Assembly (NCBI GenBank): GCA_963693365.1
Contig: CAVNZM010000019.1
Coordinates: 230,121-282,726 of the forward strand
DNA from: Amoebidium appalachense
Lineage: Eukaryota > Protista > Ichthyosporea
Direction: 5' to 3'
DNA length: 52,606 bases
The position numbers were made by a program, and so were the translations under genes. Positions 1 through 13,498 of the stretch are shown here, piece after piece (positions within the stretch are counted from its first letter, which is position 1; each line of letters starts with the position of its first letter). The notes beneath the pieces are model-generated. The model saw only the letters and a program-made list of their open reading frames with translations, made no database searches and was not told the DNA's origin.

Positions 1-1068
1 GATCTCCAGCACATGGACGTCCTGCAGCGCCCAGTTGTGGGCGGGATGGAAGCACTCGAACTCGCGGGCGCCGGCCACAAGCAGCCGGTTGCCTGGGTAG
101 TCACTGGGGCCGTCCGCAACGGTGGTGATCTCGATGTCGCGCACCTCCTTGCCGATCTGGACGCTGGTGCACCCGCGCAGCGTGCCGCGGGCCTGTGAGC
201 ACAGCAGCTCGACACGGTGGGCGCGACTGATGGTGTCGAACACCACCATGCCAAAGACGCACACGTGCACATTGCGCATGTTGACGCAGGACTCGATGTT
301 GTGGATGTTGTGGATACCGGGAGCGGAGCCGCCGCTGCCGTAGCCGTACTGGTGGCCGCACATGGAGCGGAAGCGGTAGTCCAGATGCAGTTTCACAAGG
401 CCCGCAGGCACATGCAGCGCCGTGCTGGGGATGGCGTAGATGTTAGAGGGGTTCACACGCGTGCACAGGTGGACGTGCAGATGGGCCAGGTTTTCGAGCG
501 CAGTGAGATCCATGACTACACCAGGTGTGGGCCTGGGAGTGGCAGAGAAGGCAAGGGTCAGACTCGTCAGGTTCTGGATAGCGCGGCCCAGCAAGGCGAA
601 GGGGGCGACAAGGGGGGTGCGGCACTTGAAGGAGTTGACCTCTGCGACCTTGAGGTTGGGAAACAGGTCTGGGTAGATGGGCTCCGTGCTGGTGTAGCGG
701 TGGTTATGGGCAGCCTTTGCATGGTGGTTGGCCAGGTCCCGGTACTCATCAAGAACCATGTGGAGAACGAAGCGCATGGGCGGAAGCTCGGCAAGGCGCT
801 TGTAGTCAGCAGTGGTGGCAAGGACGTGGGTGGCACGGACGCGCGTGGCAAACTCGATTGACTTCGGACCCTTGGACAGGTCGACGCGCATGTGGCTGTT
901 CGGGCGCGCCAGCTCTGCCTCGTGTACGTGGCGAAGCGCTCGGCAGGTGAGCGCAATGCTGCGACGTGAGCGTGCATCCAGGAAGGAGCAGATGTACAGA
1001 AGCAGGTAGTGGTTGCCCAAGACCAGCTGTTGCGCGCTGGGAGAAAGGGTGGACTGATCGGCGCCCAT
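1..1068 (-). CDS. F-box protein, copy A (3' part outside window)
   Basis: Reverse complement of the 27831 and 46143 genes; ATG at 1068 (MGADQSTLSP...); frame open to the window edge. Confidence 0.8.
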   Translation of the reverse strand, partial: MGADQSTLSPSAQQLVLGNHYLLLYICSFLDARSRRSIALTCRALRHVHEAELARPNSHMRVDLSKGPKSIEFATRVRATHVLATTADYKRLAELPPMRFVLHMVLDEYRDLANHHAKAAHNHRYTSTEPIYPDLFPNLKVAEVNSFKCRTPLVAPFALLGRAIQNLTSLTLAFSATPRPTPGVVMDLTALENLAHLHVHLCTRVNPSNIYAIPSTALHVPAGLVKLHLDYRFRSMCGHQYGYGSGGSAPGIHNIHNIESCVNMRNVHVCVFGMVVFDTISRAHRVELLCSQARGTLRGCTSVQIGKEVRDIEITTVADGPSDYPGNRLLVAGAREFECFHPAHNWALQDVHVLEI

Positions 1069-1162
1069 TGTGATGAACGCGCCGTGAGTTCGTTTGGAGA
1101 GTGAAGTTTGAAAGCTGAGCTGTGGTATACCCCTCCCTGAGAGCCGGCCACCAATAGCGCGC

Positions 1163-1248
1163 TGACCAATCAGACGCGTTGACCAATCAGACGTACCGAC
1201 CAATCAGACGTTTGGAATTTTGACCAATCAGCGTGATGACCAATCGGA
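1163..1248. promoter_or_regulatory. Array of five CCAAT boxes (GACCAATCAG) upstream of the F-box gene
   Basis: Repeated GACCAATCAGACG units; mirrored as CTGATTGGTC at ~27658-27742 and ~45964-46048. Confidence 0.6.
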
Positions 1249-1816
1249 TAGAGGGTCTTGTATTCCTGTGGAAGATGACCGAAGGGTCTGTAGCCAAGGC
1301 ATGCAGCGTCTGATTGGCTCAGTTACAGCATTTGTGTTATTTTAAAATTGACTGGTTATGATACAGTATTGATGTGATGTGAACGTCGTGATTTACAACA
1401 CTCCAAGCACGTCAATTTGAAAACAAAACCGAAATATATAAAACCGTTTAATAAGAACATTTTTGCCATTGTTTTCCTATTGAACAGGCTGTTGTTTTAG
1501 TTTCTACTCAGAGTTCGGAAATGTGACTCGCGGTCAGGGTTACAACCGAATCGAGATCCCTGAAACAAAAACCCTATATACAATAGGATGTCTGTTTTGT
1601 TTAAATCAATTTGACCGAGTTCCTCTCGTTGTGTGGCTTTCACAACAGTTGATTATTCTATAGATTATTCATTTCGTTTCATTTCAGTTGCAAATCTACT
1701 GCGCCGAAGGACAATTGCGCACCCTGGCAAAGCCACTGGGACCAGTCTAATTGGCTATAGGACCCATATAACCCCATCACGGCTTCGGATGCTGCCAGTC
1801 TTGCAAACATGCAGCT

Positions 1817-2866
1817 ATGAACCACAAGCCAAACGTTAACCTGTGGCGCCTGCGCGACAAGCTCTTCCAAGCGACAACACCGGCCAGCGAGGCAGCGCTC
1901 ATGGGCGTTCCCGTCTTCGGCGAATTCGACATGCACTCGCCCCCAGCCAACATGCACTCGTTCCCCGCCAACACAAAACCTGCACGCGCAATACCGCCCA
2001 AAGACGACTGCGTGCATGCACAGCCCTCCCAACCCCCTTTTGCAGTTGTGCACGCACCGCCCCTGTGCAGCAAGGACGTGCGAGTGTACCCGTTGCAGAC
2101 AACATGGCCACCACCACCGGGCAAGATTCCGCTACGCAGGATTCTCCCGTACAAGACTTCAGGTACTGCGGCCAGCGACGTGGAACAAAAGCAACGGGAT
2201 GTATTTTATTGGAAGGCAGGGGCGAATCCAACTAGACGTGGACGGTACTTACGCAAAAACAAGATGGGGGCCTCCAAAAAACTCACCTCCCCGCGCCTAC
2301 CAGTGGCAGTCAACGCCGAACCCACAGCGCCCTGGCGACCACTCTCTTTTCCGGATTTGGACACGGAAGAGACCACAGAGGCAGCGGATAGGGAGAACGC
2401 AGCAGCGCCCCCAAGCAGCCAGGTGTGCGAAGCAGCAGCGCCCCCAAGCAGCCAGGTGTGCGAAGCAGCAGCGCCCCCAAGCAGCCAGGTGTGCGAAGCA
2501 GCACGCGAGCCGCTCGTGTACGAGGACCACAGTTCCGTCGACGTCGACGACCAGGTGGCCTTCACGGGGCAGATGGTATCCACGAGCAGCCCCCAGTCGG
2601 AGACAACGGGAGAGCAGTGCGAGATCTGGGTGTCTGTCGATCGATCTCCGCACCCCCCATACATCTACTACAACGTGAAGCATGTCATAGTGCAAGTAAC
2701 AAACAAGGGTTCTAAAATACACATCGCATACGAGGAGGCCTCCTCCAACCAGCTGTGGCAACTGCAATTTAAGGACAACAAGAAGCCTTTGCATGTAGTC
2801 ATAGGAGGCAATGGAGAAAACACTGTTGCGGTGAATGAGGTGTGGGTGTGCATTCGACCAGGATAG
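1817..2866 (+). CDS. Hypothetical 349-aa protein with 3 x AAAPPSSQVCE repeat, copy A
   Basis: ATG-started ORF, intact in all three copies; indels between copies are in-frame (one 33-bp unit); AT-rich TATA-like CCCATATAA upstream. Confidence 0.7.
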   Translation: MNHKPNVNLWRLRDKLFQATTPASEAALMGVPVFGEFDMHSPPANMHSFPANTKPARAIPPKDDCVHAQPSQPPFAVVHAPPLCSKDVRVYPLQTTWPPPPGKIPLRRILPYKTSGTAASDVEQKQRDVFYWKAGANPTRRGRYLRKNKMGASKKLTSPRLPVAVNAEPTAPWRPLSFPDLDTEETTEAADRENAAAPPSSQVCEAAAPPSSQVCEAAAPPSSQVCEAAREPLVYEDHSSVDVDDQVAFTGQMVSTSSPQSETTGEQCEIWVSVDRSPHPPYIYYNVKHVIVQVTNKGSKIHIAYEEASSNQLWQLQFKDNKKPLHVVIGGNGENTVAVNEVWVCIRPG

Positions 2867-3353
2867 TGGTGTGGGGTGTTTGCTGGGTGGGTGAATGTGT
2901 ATGGGAGAGAGGAATGCTATACCCATAATATAGACAGGGCAGTGTGTACAAGTACCACAATGTGATATGCTATGATATGCCCCAACCCATACATGTGCAA
3001 ATGTGCAAACCAGCGCAAATATCCCATCGTTTGTTTCTTACGATGTCTTCTCGTAAGCACGATTTGGTGCAAACATCATCTATGTATCTGAACCCTAACA
3101 TGTAAGCGAGACTTCACGACAGCAAGAGTGAATAAACACAAAAGTCAATACATAACCACACTTGGACGTATCTGAAACATGCATGTGCGTATGTGTGTGT
3201 GGTGTGCATGTGTGGTGTGTGTGTGTGTGGTGTGTGTGTGTGTGTGTGGTGTGTGTGTGGTGTGTGCGTATGTGTGTGTGGTGTGTGTGTGGTGTGTGTG
3301 TGTGGGTGTGTGTGTGTGTGTGGTGTGTGTGTGGTGTGTGCGTATGTGTGTGT

Positions 3354-3392
<39 letters not shown>

Positions 3393-3427
3393 CTGTGTGT
3401 GCGTACAGATGTACAGATGCCAAGTCT

Positions 3428-4607
3428 TCACGATTTATTTTGCGGGGTGCCCGGGGTGGCCGGCACCCACACATTTTGCCACCCAGAGGGGAAAAGCATC
3501 CACAACCACTCACCCTGGGGGGAGTTGGGGTCTTCAACTTCTAAATTCTCGCATACAGTATCTGTAACAGGCGGTGTGAGCGGGCTTGGGGATGGGTATG
3601 GGCTTGGTGGAAGACATGTGCATGGTGGGGGTTGGGGAGAGAAATGGGTGTTTGTGTGGGCTTGTGGGGCAGGAACAAGTCTTCGGGGGGCCAAGCCCGG
3701 TCGCAGCTGTCGTCTACGGCCAACAAGCCTCCTCGCGCAGCCGTCCACACCATGCTGATGCTGCAGGACGAGTGTGTGGCAGTCGGCACACACGAGCACG
3801 GTGGCAGGGCGTGCAAAGACGTGCACGCAGTGTGGACAAGGACAGGAATGGAAGCGGAGGGGGGAGGTCGGCGGCCACGTAGGCCTGGGGTGTGCCGGGC
3901 GAAGCTGGGCGGCGGCGGCAGCTGCACAAGGGGCAGTATTCGAGGGCGGGGGTGTACATGTCAGTGACAAGGTGGCGCAGGCGACCCGCACACATGTGAG
4001 CGAGAAAGGCCTCCGCATTGCGGTAGTGTGTGCATGCACAGGCCGGGGAGGCACATTCGGGCACGGGAGCGGGGAAGCCAACGTGCCACATGGCACATGC
4101 AGGGTTGTGCGGGGCCATGCGGTGGGCGGTGGGGAGGGGGTCTGGGATGTCGGGTATGCACGTGCATGGGACGGGTATGGTGGTCAGCAGGGAGTAGACG
4201 GCATTCCAAGCCCGCCGACGCTGTGTGTTGATATAGTTGTGGGTGCGACGGGCGATGCGGAAGGCACAGTGGGTGCCGCTACGGCATGTGTCGCAGCAGC
4301 CGGGGAGGCCGGGCATGGGAGAAGAGTGAGTCGACAGCGAGGTGAAGCACGAACTACACAGACGGGGAACACTTGTTGCCGCAAGGGTCAGGCAGTGGTC
4401 GCAGCCACAAACAAAATGGGTGATGGCGGGGAAGTGTTTTGCCTTCGTCTTGAGATGTGGGGTGTTGTGGTAACCGCAGACGGCACACGCGTCGGAGGAG
4501 CCGTCACAGACGCGAAGGTCTGTGCAACGAGTGCATTCACACCCTTCAACGGGCTTTGGGGGTGAAGGGAGGGGAGGGGGAGGTGGGTGGGGGAGTGGGG
4601 GGTTCAT
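3428..4607 (-). CDS. Cys-rich (many CxxC) Pro-rich protein, copy A, with a frameshift in the G/C run near 3860
   Basis: ORFs 3714..4751 and 3428..4096 join to match the intact ORFs in B and C; the break lies in a homopolymer, so possibly a sequencing error. Confidence 0.6.
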
Positions 4608-5088
4608 GTTTTGCAAGGGTGGGTGAAGAGAAGTCACTGTGAGCGAAAGGTGAAAAAACGAAAAGGTGAACAAACGAACCCGATTGGAGTGAGAGTTGAT
4701 GTCCATGTGACACTGTTTGCCTGTCACACAATCTTCAATTAAAAATGCCATCGCGTCATGGAAATCTCCCGCAAGCGACCAAAACAGTGGGGTTTATTGA
4801 TGAAACACAATTTACATGGCAATCCGCGCCGCGGAATGCGATTTAATCAGACAAGCTCGATAAACCCCCCTTTCTCCTCAACGATCAAAGGGTGGTGATC
4901 AGACGCCAAACGATCTGATTGGTCAGCTTTATATCACGTGACATGATAAGATTATGACACATTTGATAAGCAGGAATTGGGTTATTGGGGCTGTCGAGCT
5001 CAAGTGTGAGACAACGCGCAACGTTTGGTGGCTATTGTTGATGATTATGTAGGTGTATATAAAGACTGAAATGCCAACAGAAGAGGCC

Positions 5089-5400
5089 ATGGCTCCAACA
5101 CAAAACCCCAAACCGGCTGCACCTACGATGCCGAACCTAAAAGCAGCAAAGCCCAAACCCACATGCACAAGCGCACTCAAACCGGCTGCACCTACGATGC
5201 CGAACCTAAAAGCAGCAAAGCCCAAACCCACATGCACAAGCGCACTCAAACCGGCTAAAAAAAAGTATGTATCCCAGGACAAGTGCCCCAACAACTCCAA
5301 ATCGTGCAAGCTTGCACGGCGCTGCCCCGTGTGCACAGGACTCGTGCGACGCATCCATCCGTACATGTCCGCCCAACCTAAAGACTCCGATCCATCCTGA
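5089..5400 (+). CDS. Small Lys/Pro/Ala-rich basic protein with 23-aa duplication and C-terminal Cys4 cluster, copy A
   Basis: TATATAAA at ~5056 then an ATG conserved in B and C; 69-bp internal tandem repeat; CPNNSKSCKLARRCPVC. Confidence 0.55.
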   Translation: MAPTQNPKPAAPTMPNLKAAKPKPTCTSALKPAAPTMPNLKAAKPKPTCTSALKPAKKKYVSQDKCPNNSKSCKLARRCPVCTGLVRRIHPYMSAQPKDSDPS

Positions 5401-6329
5401 AGCATGCACACTCTTCGTGTCCGGCCGGGGTGTCCGGGCGCTCCTGCATGGCATAGAAGAAGGACTTGGGCTCCATGGGCAACTGCTGTATGCCGGCAAA
5501 GGCCTTCTCCAGGGACCGACCCAGCTTCCCCAGGTCGCGCAGCTGGGGGTCCATGAAGGTGCTGCTGGCTGGGACGCCGTGTGGATGGTGCACGTCAACG
5601 TCCAGAGCCTCAAGGGCACGCGAGAGAAACGTGTAGAGGTGCAACGTGTTGATGTCGAGCGCAGACGTTATCGAAACGCCCGTGTCTATATTGATGCGCT
5701 GGGCAAGCACCTTGAAAACCAGCGCCTCGGCGTGCTGGGCGCAGATGTTGCGGGTCTTGAAGCGGGAAGTGACTTGCACGTTTGCGACCTTTTCAAGGAT
5801 GGTCACCAGGCTGTGGACGTCAAGCACGGATGTCGAGCTGAGTGTGGCCACCAGGAAACCGACAAAGGTAGCGCGAATGTGGCGGGTGGCATCCAGAGGG
5901 GTGGTGGAAGGGCGCGCGCCACGGGTCTTCTCGTAGAGCCGGGTTTCGTGCAAGTGCAGCGCCTTGCTGCGGGCGCTGTTAAACCACCCCAGAAAATCGA
6001 GGGCCAGGGGGGACTCGTACAAGACCTGGGTGGTCAGGTGAAGAAACGCAGCCGGCGAGACCAGTATGATGTTACCCTTTTTGCAGTAGTGTGGGGTACC
6101 CTGTAGGGATCATCAAAGATCAGCATGGATTGAGTATGGTGGGGGTGGGTCACCCTTCGGATCCGAGAACACGGGAAAGAGATAGTCAAGGATACTGAGA
6201 AAGAACATACCCACGCAAAAAGCTACCGCCGCCACGGCCACTATGGTGCCCGGATCCACCATTTAGTAGGGGTGTTGATAAAGTGCCGAGCAACAATTAG
6301 CTTTTTGTGTGTGTGTGTGTGTGTGCGTG

Positions 6330-6389
<60 letters not shown>

Positions 6390-7131
6390 GGGGGCTGCCT
6401 ACCGGGTCTGTGCTTGGCACACCGCCGACGACGTTGGCGATTTTGGCCTGGTCCAGACGGTCCCGGATCTCATTGATGTCCCTGTAGCCGAGAAGCGCAC
6501 AGATACTACCAGCGTCCAGGTAGAAGAGGTTGTCCCTGCTCGCGGCATACGGGAGCGTGCAGTTGACGAACGGTACAAAGCACAGCGGGTGAAGTCTGTC
6601 GAACGCCTGTTTCAACAGCTGCGAAACGGACTGGGGTGCAAGATGGCGCCTCCAATCACTAGCTGTGGCAATCGCTTTGATTTCACCGGGTGGCTTTCTG
6701 GTCATTGAAATGTTAGCGCGCGGGCGCTTTGATTGTCTCGTGTCAGAATCGTGGTTCTTGGCAGACCCGAGCTGGTCAAACCATGTTGTGGCTGGCGTGG
6801 TTGTGGTGGGTGGTAGCGTGGGGGCTTGAGTGGCGACCGCTTGCAGATGCAGATGTGTGGGAACAGGACGCGCCGCCGGGGAGAGGGGGATTGTCTCGCC
6901 GCAGACCATGTCGAAGTCGAAGACGTGGTTCTGGCCGTGGCTCGTGGCTGTCGTCGGGGTGGGGGCATAGAGCATGGAGCCATCACCTAGTTGGTTGTCA
7001 AAAGCAGAAAAATCGTCGGCGGTCAGCGGAACGAAGTCGGTACTGTGTATGATACCCAGGTCGGGTTGTGGGGTGGGTGGAAACGTGAAGGTGCTGTATG
7101 AGACAGGCGCAGCGCCATGTGTCGTGTACAT
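5378..7131 (-). CDS. Two-exon Bro-N-like protein, copy A (exons 7131-6403 and 6100-5378, ~483 aa)
   Basis: Phase-0 GTAGGC...CCTACAG intron joins two ORFs in frame; spliced YLDAGSICALLGYRD...LVSPAAFLHL...SPLALDFLGWF resembles the Bro-N pattern. Confidence 0.7.
6101..6402 (-). other. GT-AG intron of Bro-N-like gene containing poly-C and (CA)n
   Basis: Donor and acceptor at the same codon in all copies (B 22522-22962, C 40151-40637); removal restores the frame. Confidence 0.75.
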
Positions 7132-7882
7132 TTTGCCTGTGTTGCCTGAGTATCTGTGTTTGTAGAATGCAATGGCATCGGCCGAGTGGATGTGACCTTA
7201 TATACTTGCTTGGCAATTTCGCGACATATGATTGGATGTCAGACTTTGTTATTTGAGTGGATTCTATTGGCAGCCACGCTGGATTGGCTTTTTGGTAATC
7301 TTAGTCCCAGAGTAGTGCAAAAGGACTCAGGATGTTTCTGAGCCCCTCATGCACTCAATGTTTACAAATGCAACATCAAAACATTGACGTAGTACCTACA
7401 GTTTCTCGGATGGTTTAACCTTCTTTGATTTAATCGAGTTAAACACAACCTTTTACCCATCAAACATTTCATCACCAAGGGCTTCTTTGAAATCGATGCT
7501 CGACCAATCGCAGACAACCAATCAGAATTAACCAATCAGATATGAATAGAATGTTCACTGAAGTCTTAAGCCAAAGAGCACAAGTTCGATATCCAGTAAA
7601 TTCGCGCTTCACATATGAACCCACTATGTTATCATGATTTTTATTGTTTATTTCCCATATATACAGACATACATGTTCCCACATAATTTCATGCAGATAC
7701 AGTTGAACCTACCATCCTTTCCTAATCTTGCCAACATGACCACGAGTCATGAAGGAGCTAGCCTCACCCCCTTGTGAGCCACATGCTGGGTCCAGGGCGC
7801 CACAGCACCAACGTTGCCGACAGCGGGTGACGTCATAATGACGTCACAAACGACGATCCTATCTCAGCGCTCGGAGTTTTTT

Positions 7883-8071
<189 letters not shown>

Positions 8072-8089
8072 TTGGGGGGGGGGGGGGGA

Positions 8090-8945
<856 letters not shown>

Positions 8946-8966
8946 CTCCAGCGCTTTGCACTAACA

Positions 8967-9010
<44 letters not shown>

Positions 9011-9084
9011 CTGCCGAAGGCGCTACACAACTCTAGCGCTATACACTAACACCCCCAAGCGACCAGCGCTACACAACCCACACT

Positions 9085-10973
9085 TCACTCACTATCACTG
9101 TCCGCAATCACCACAACATCAACGGGCCCCTCGTGCTTCTGCAGGTGCGCGACCTTGCGGCGACGCCCCAGCCGCCCGCGCTGCACATACACGTCGAGCT
9201 GTGTCTGCCCCTTGATCTGCTCGCCGCGATCGGCCAGGGGCGTGTCGAGGCTGACAGTGCGCCCGAGGTCCAGGGGGCGGATGTTGGGGAACTTGTCCTG
9301 GATAGCGCCCAGCCAGACGGCCATCTCAATTGGCACCCCGATGTCTGTGGGGACCACCACCTTGTCGTCAAGGGTGGACTGGAACAGCTGTCCCCTGCAG
9401 AAGCCGACGTACCAGCCCACAAAGTTGTTCATAAACGTGTAGAGCTGCTGCGTGGTCATGTCCATCCAGCAGGTCAGCACGTGTCCGGTCCACAGGCGGA
9501 TGCGCTCCTTGATGGCGCGCTGCAGCCCGTTGGTTGCCGCCGCAACCGACAACACATTGGTCGGGAACAGCACGCACACACCGGTAACGGCCATCACCAT
9601 ACTTGTGTACTTGCCGGCACAGCGCACTTCGTGGCCTTCCAACGTCCCCACACACATGGAGATGAATGCCCGAACCAGGCGCCGGAAGTCGGTGTTGTCA
9701 ATGTACTTGGCATCGGTTGACTGCGGCCCCAGCTTGACGCGTTCGAGGGCGGCGACCAGGGGCGCGAGCGCCTCATCCAGTGCGGTCTCGGCTGCCTGCT
9801 TGGGATCCTCAAGGGATCCACGAGCCTCCGCAGCAGCGACAGCTTCGGCCTCTGCAGCGGCAAGAGTTGCCAAGAAGGCCGTGTACTTCCCGTCGTTGAA
9901 GTTGTGCATGAGACGTGCAAACCCCTTTTCGATGTCAAGGGCCAGCCCACGGAAATCGCGAGCCAGCCAGCCCGAGTTCGCATCCGAGCCCATGATAGAG
10001 GCCATCCGTAACCCCTCTGGTTTCAAAAGGTGATCTTGTTCAGTACGACCACCGATGCTCTGTGGACAAGAAGGTTAGCCGCGAGTCTTTTTTTTTTCGG
10101 GTCATATATGGAGCCCTACAACGATGGATTACCCCTATAACAGCGAAAGATTGATGAGCGAGCTAAACCTTACATGGGGAAGAGCGCAGGAAGCCATAAA
10201 AAGAGCAATCATCCGAAATAAATGGAAGAACAACAAGGATTACCGAAGCAAACCCATGCCATCAACTGGGGGGCGGCCAAGAATTTCCTACAAGTTTACA
10301 CGCCAAACATTTGAAACAATTGTAAAAAGCTTCAGACCACCAGGCAAACAAGCAGAAGAAATTGTTCGCATGCAGCTGCAACAACGAGAGGGCGGGAAAA
10401 AGCAACGAATAGCCCGTGGGGAGATTGATCTCTTAACCGATAAAGATGTAATCGAAGTGAAACATGTTCGTGGTTGGAAAGGTGCACTCGGACAAATTAT
10501 GGTGTACGGGTTGGAATTTCCAAAGCACACAAGAAGAATCCATCTCTTTGGAGAGGCGCCACCCAGCTATTACGCAGACGTTGTTGCCTGTCTACTGAGG
10601 TTTGGAATCTCCGTTTCCATAGAGCCTGGGGAATGCGATATAGCAAAACTCAACGAATACCTCAACAACTCACCTTCTCAACCACCCGGTATTTGTGGGC
10701 AGGCATCGCAGCAGGAACACCATTCTGCCCCTTGAACATGACCCTCACGAAGTCATTGTAGCTCCGGTACCCCAGCAAGCGGAACACAGCACGCCCGGAG
10801 ATGGTCTCGGCGCTGTCCAGCAGGAACGGGTTGAGGAAGCGCAGCACCTTGACCACCACGTCGTCGCCCACGGTGCCCAGCAGGCGCTCGAGCTCGGGAG
10901 AGATGGGAGGGAAGCCGGCCTCTTTGGCACCGGCAATGTTGAGGCGCTCGTAGATGGCATAGGTGGAAGCCAT
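9085..10973 (-). CDS. Two-exon AntA/MSV199-like DNA-binding protein with coiled coil, copy A (exons 10973-10674 and 10059-9085, ~424 aa)
   Basis: Exon 1 is exactly 100 codons ending AAG|GTGAGT; acceptor GCTAAC...CTTCTTGTCCACAG; spliced ISGRAVFRLLGY...YRVVEK|SIGGRTEQDHLLKPEGL resembles antirepressor/MSV199-type domains. Confidence 0.75.
10060..10673 (-). other. 614-nt GT-AG intron harbouring an antisense nuclease ORF
   Basis: GTGAGT donor, CTAAC branch-like site, pyrimidine tract and CAG; phase 0. Confidence 0.75.
10124..10735 (+). CDS. Intron-nested AntA-like + PD-(D/E)XK nuclease-like protein (203 aa), copy A
   Basis: N-terminal DYRS...GGRPRISYKFT motif; C-terminal GEIDLLTDKDVIEVK...WKGALGQIMVY...RIHLF (D...EVK plus QxxxY). 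Confidence 0.8.
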   Translation: MDYPYNSERLMSELNLTWGRAQEAIKRAIIRNKWKNNKDYRSKPMPSTGGRPRISYKFTRQTFETIVKSFRPPGKQAEEIVRMQLQQREGGKKQRIARGEIDLLTDKDVIEVKHVRGWKGALGQIMVYGLEFPKHTRRIHLFGEAPPSYYADVVACLLRFGISVSIEPGECDIAKLNEYLNNSPSQPPGICGQASQQEHHSAP

Positions 10974-11371
10974 GGTCGCTGGTGGAAGAGTTGGGGCTTT
11001 GGGTTTGGGGGTTGAGTGCTGTGTGTGTACCGTAAAGGTGCTGGCTGTCCAGCGCTTGCTGTGATTATATAGGGAGGCGTCCGGCGCTTCATTGGTTGTA
11101 CGCTTCATTGGTTGTAGGAGGAGAGGAATGGAATCCAGCATTCGATTGGAGCGGATTGCAAGAGAATACTGGTCCCAGATGATTGGGTCGATTTGTTCGG
11201 CGCTACGTGCACTTTTTACACATATGCTGCATGCCATTCCCCTGACCAATCGAATGCTGCATTCCACCCCCCCCCCCCAATGAAGCGCTGCTTTACGGTG
11301 CTCACACACCCGTCACAACCCCTAGTGCCAACTTTTCAATTCTAATTGATAATAGCGCTATCATCGGTAAG

Positions 11372-11527
<156 letters not shown>

Positions 11528-11570
11528 TGTGTGTGTGTGTGGTGACGGTGTGGGGGATGGGGGGTGGGGG

Positions 11571-11709
11571 GAGGGAGGGAGCGCAGATCCTTGCTTTGCA
11601 CACTTTGTACCGTCTGTAATCACTTACCTGCTCACTCAAGTGAATTCGAAGCACACAGATGTGATGGTGTGTGTGTGCGTCTGTGTGCACACGTGTGTGT
11701 GTGTGTGTG

Positions 11710-11786
<77 letters not shown>

Positions 11787-11950
11787 CACGTGTGTGTGTG
11801 TGGTGACGGTGTGGGGGATGGGGGGTGGGGGGAGGGAGGGAGCGCAGATCCTTGCTTTGCACACTTTGTACCGTCTGTAATCACTTACCTGCTCACTCAA
11901 GTGAATTCGAAGCACACAGACGTGATGGTGTGTGTGTGCGTCTGTGTGCA

Positions 11951-12029
<79 letters not shown>

Positions 12030-12183
12030 TGTGTGGTGACGGTGTGGGGGATGGGGGGTGGGGGGAGGGAGGGAGCGCAGATCCTTGCTTTGCACACTTT
12101 GTACCGTCTGTAATCACTTACCTGCTCACTCAAGTGAATTCGAAGCACACAGATGTGATGGTGTGTGTGTGCGTCTGTGTGCA

Positions 12184-12271
<88 letters not shown>

Positions 12272-12592
12272 GGGTGGAGGGGGGGGGGTGTGTGTGTGTG
12301 TGTGTGTGGTGACGGTGTGGGGATGGGGGGGGGGGGGGAGGGAGGGAGCGCAGATCCTTGCTTTGCACACTTTGTACCGTCTGTAATCACTTACCTGCTC
12401 ACTCAAGTGAATTCGAAGCACACAGATGTGATGGGTGTGTGTGTGTGTGTGTGTGGAGGTGTGGGGAGGGGGGGGGGGGGGAGGGAGCGCAGATCCTTGC
12501 TTTGCACACTTTGTACCGTCTGTAATCACTTACCGCTCACTCAAGTGAACGAAGCACACAGATGTGATGTGTGTGTGTGCGTTGTGTCAATT

Positions 12593-12655
<63 letters not shown>

Positions 12656-12946
12656 TGACGGTGTGGGGAGGGGGGGGGGAGGGAGCGCAGATCCTTGCTT
12701 TGCACACTTTGTACCGTCTGTAATCACTTACCTGCTCACTCAAGTGAATTCGAAGCACACAGATGTGATGGTGTGTGTGTGTGTGTGTGTGTGGTGACGG
12801 TGTGGGGATGGGGGGTGGGGGGAGGGAGGGAGCGCAGATCCTTGCTTTGCACACTTTGTACCGTCTGTAATCACTTACCTGCTCACTCAAGTGAATTCGA
12901 AGCACACAGATGTGATGGTGTGTGTGTGCGTCTGTGTGCACACGTG

Positions 12947-13020
<74 letters not shown>

Positions 13021-13108
13021 TGACGGTGTGGGGAGGGGGGGGAGGAGGAGATCCTGTTTGCACATGTACCTTCACTACCCCACAAGGAAGAAGCACACAG
13101 ATGTGATG
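11571..13108 (+). repeat. Repeat family R1: seven ~95-bp cores plus one degenerate copy, spaced by variable (TG)n/poly-G
   Basis: Core GGGAGCGCAGATCCTTGCTTTGCACACTTTGTACCGTCTGTAATCACTTACCTGCTCACTCAAGTGAATTCGAAGCACACAGATGTGATGG. Confidence 0.9.
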
Positions 13109-13135
13109 GGGGGAGGGGGCGAGGCAGATAGTTTG

Positions 13136-13215
<80 letters not shown>

Positions 13216-13390
13216 TGGAAACACAGAGTGATGGTGTGTGTGTGCGTGTGTAAGTGTGTGTGTGTAATGTAGGGTGTGTGTGGTTGTGTGTGTGTGTGTG
13301 TGTGTGTGTGTTTTTTGATTTTTATTTGGGGGGAGGGGGTGTTGTGTGTGTTTTTTTTTTGATTTTTTTATTTTTGTTTGGGGGGGGGGG

Positions 13391-13427
<37 letters not shown>

Positions 13428-13458
13428 TTGATTTTTTTATTTTTGTTTGGGGGGGGGG

Positions 13459-13498
<40 letters not shown>

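Noticed and set aside
3850-3870. Programmed frameshift in the Cys-rich gene
   Set aside because: B and C are intact; the difference is within a homopolymer run.
5267-6106. Long antisense or alternate-frame ORFs (e.g. 217..861, 5267..6106, 24488..25420, 40632..41684)
   Set aside because: Shadows of GC-rich genes; no motifs, and ends often differ between copies, unlike the nested nuclease ORFs.
10060-10673. Group I or group II self-splicing intron
   Set aside because: Boundaries are GT-AG with a CTAAC branch-like site, the ORF is antisense and leaves little room for a ribozyme core, and no RT or LAGLIDADG motifs are seen.
11615-11670. U1 snRNA or spliced-leader RNA gene (ACTTACCTG / CAGGTAAGT)
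   Set aside because: Similarity is limited to 9 nt; no Sm site or further U1 structure is visible.
11571-13108. CRISPR-like repeat-spacer pattern of R1 (also R2, R3)
   Set aside because: Repeats are ~90-230 bp, spacers are only (TG)n/poly-G, there are no cas genes and the context is eukaryotic.
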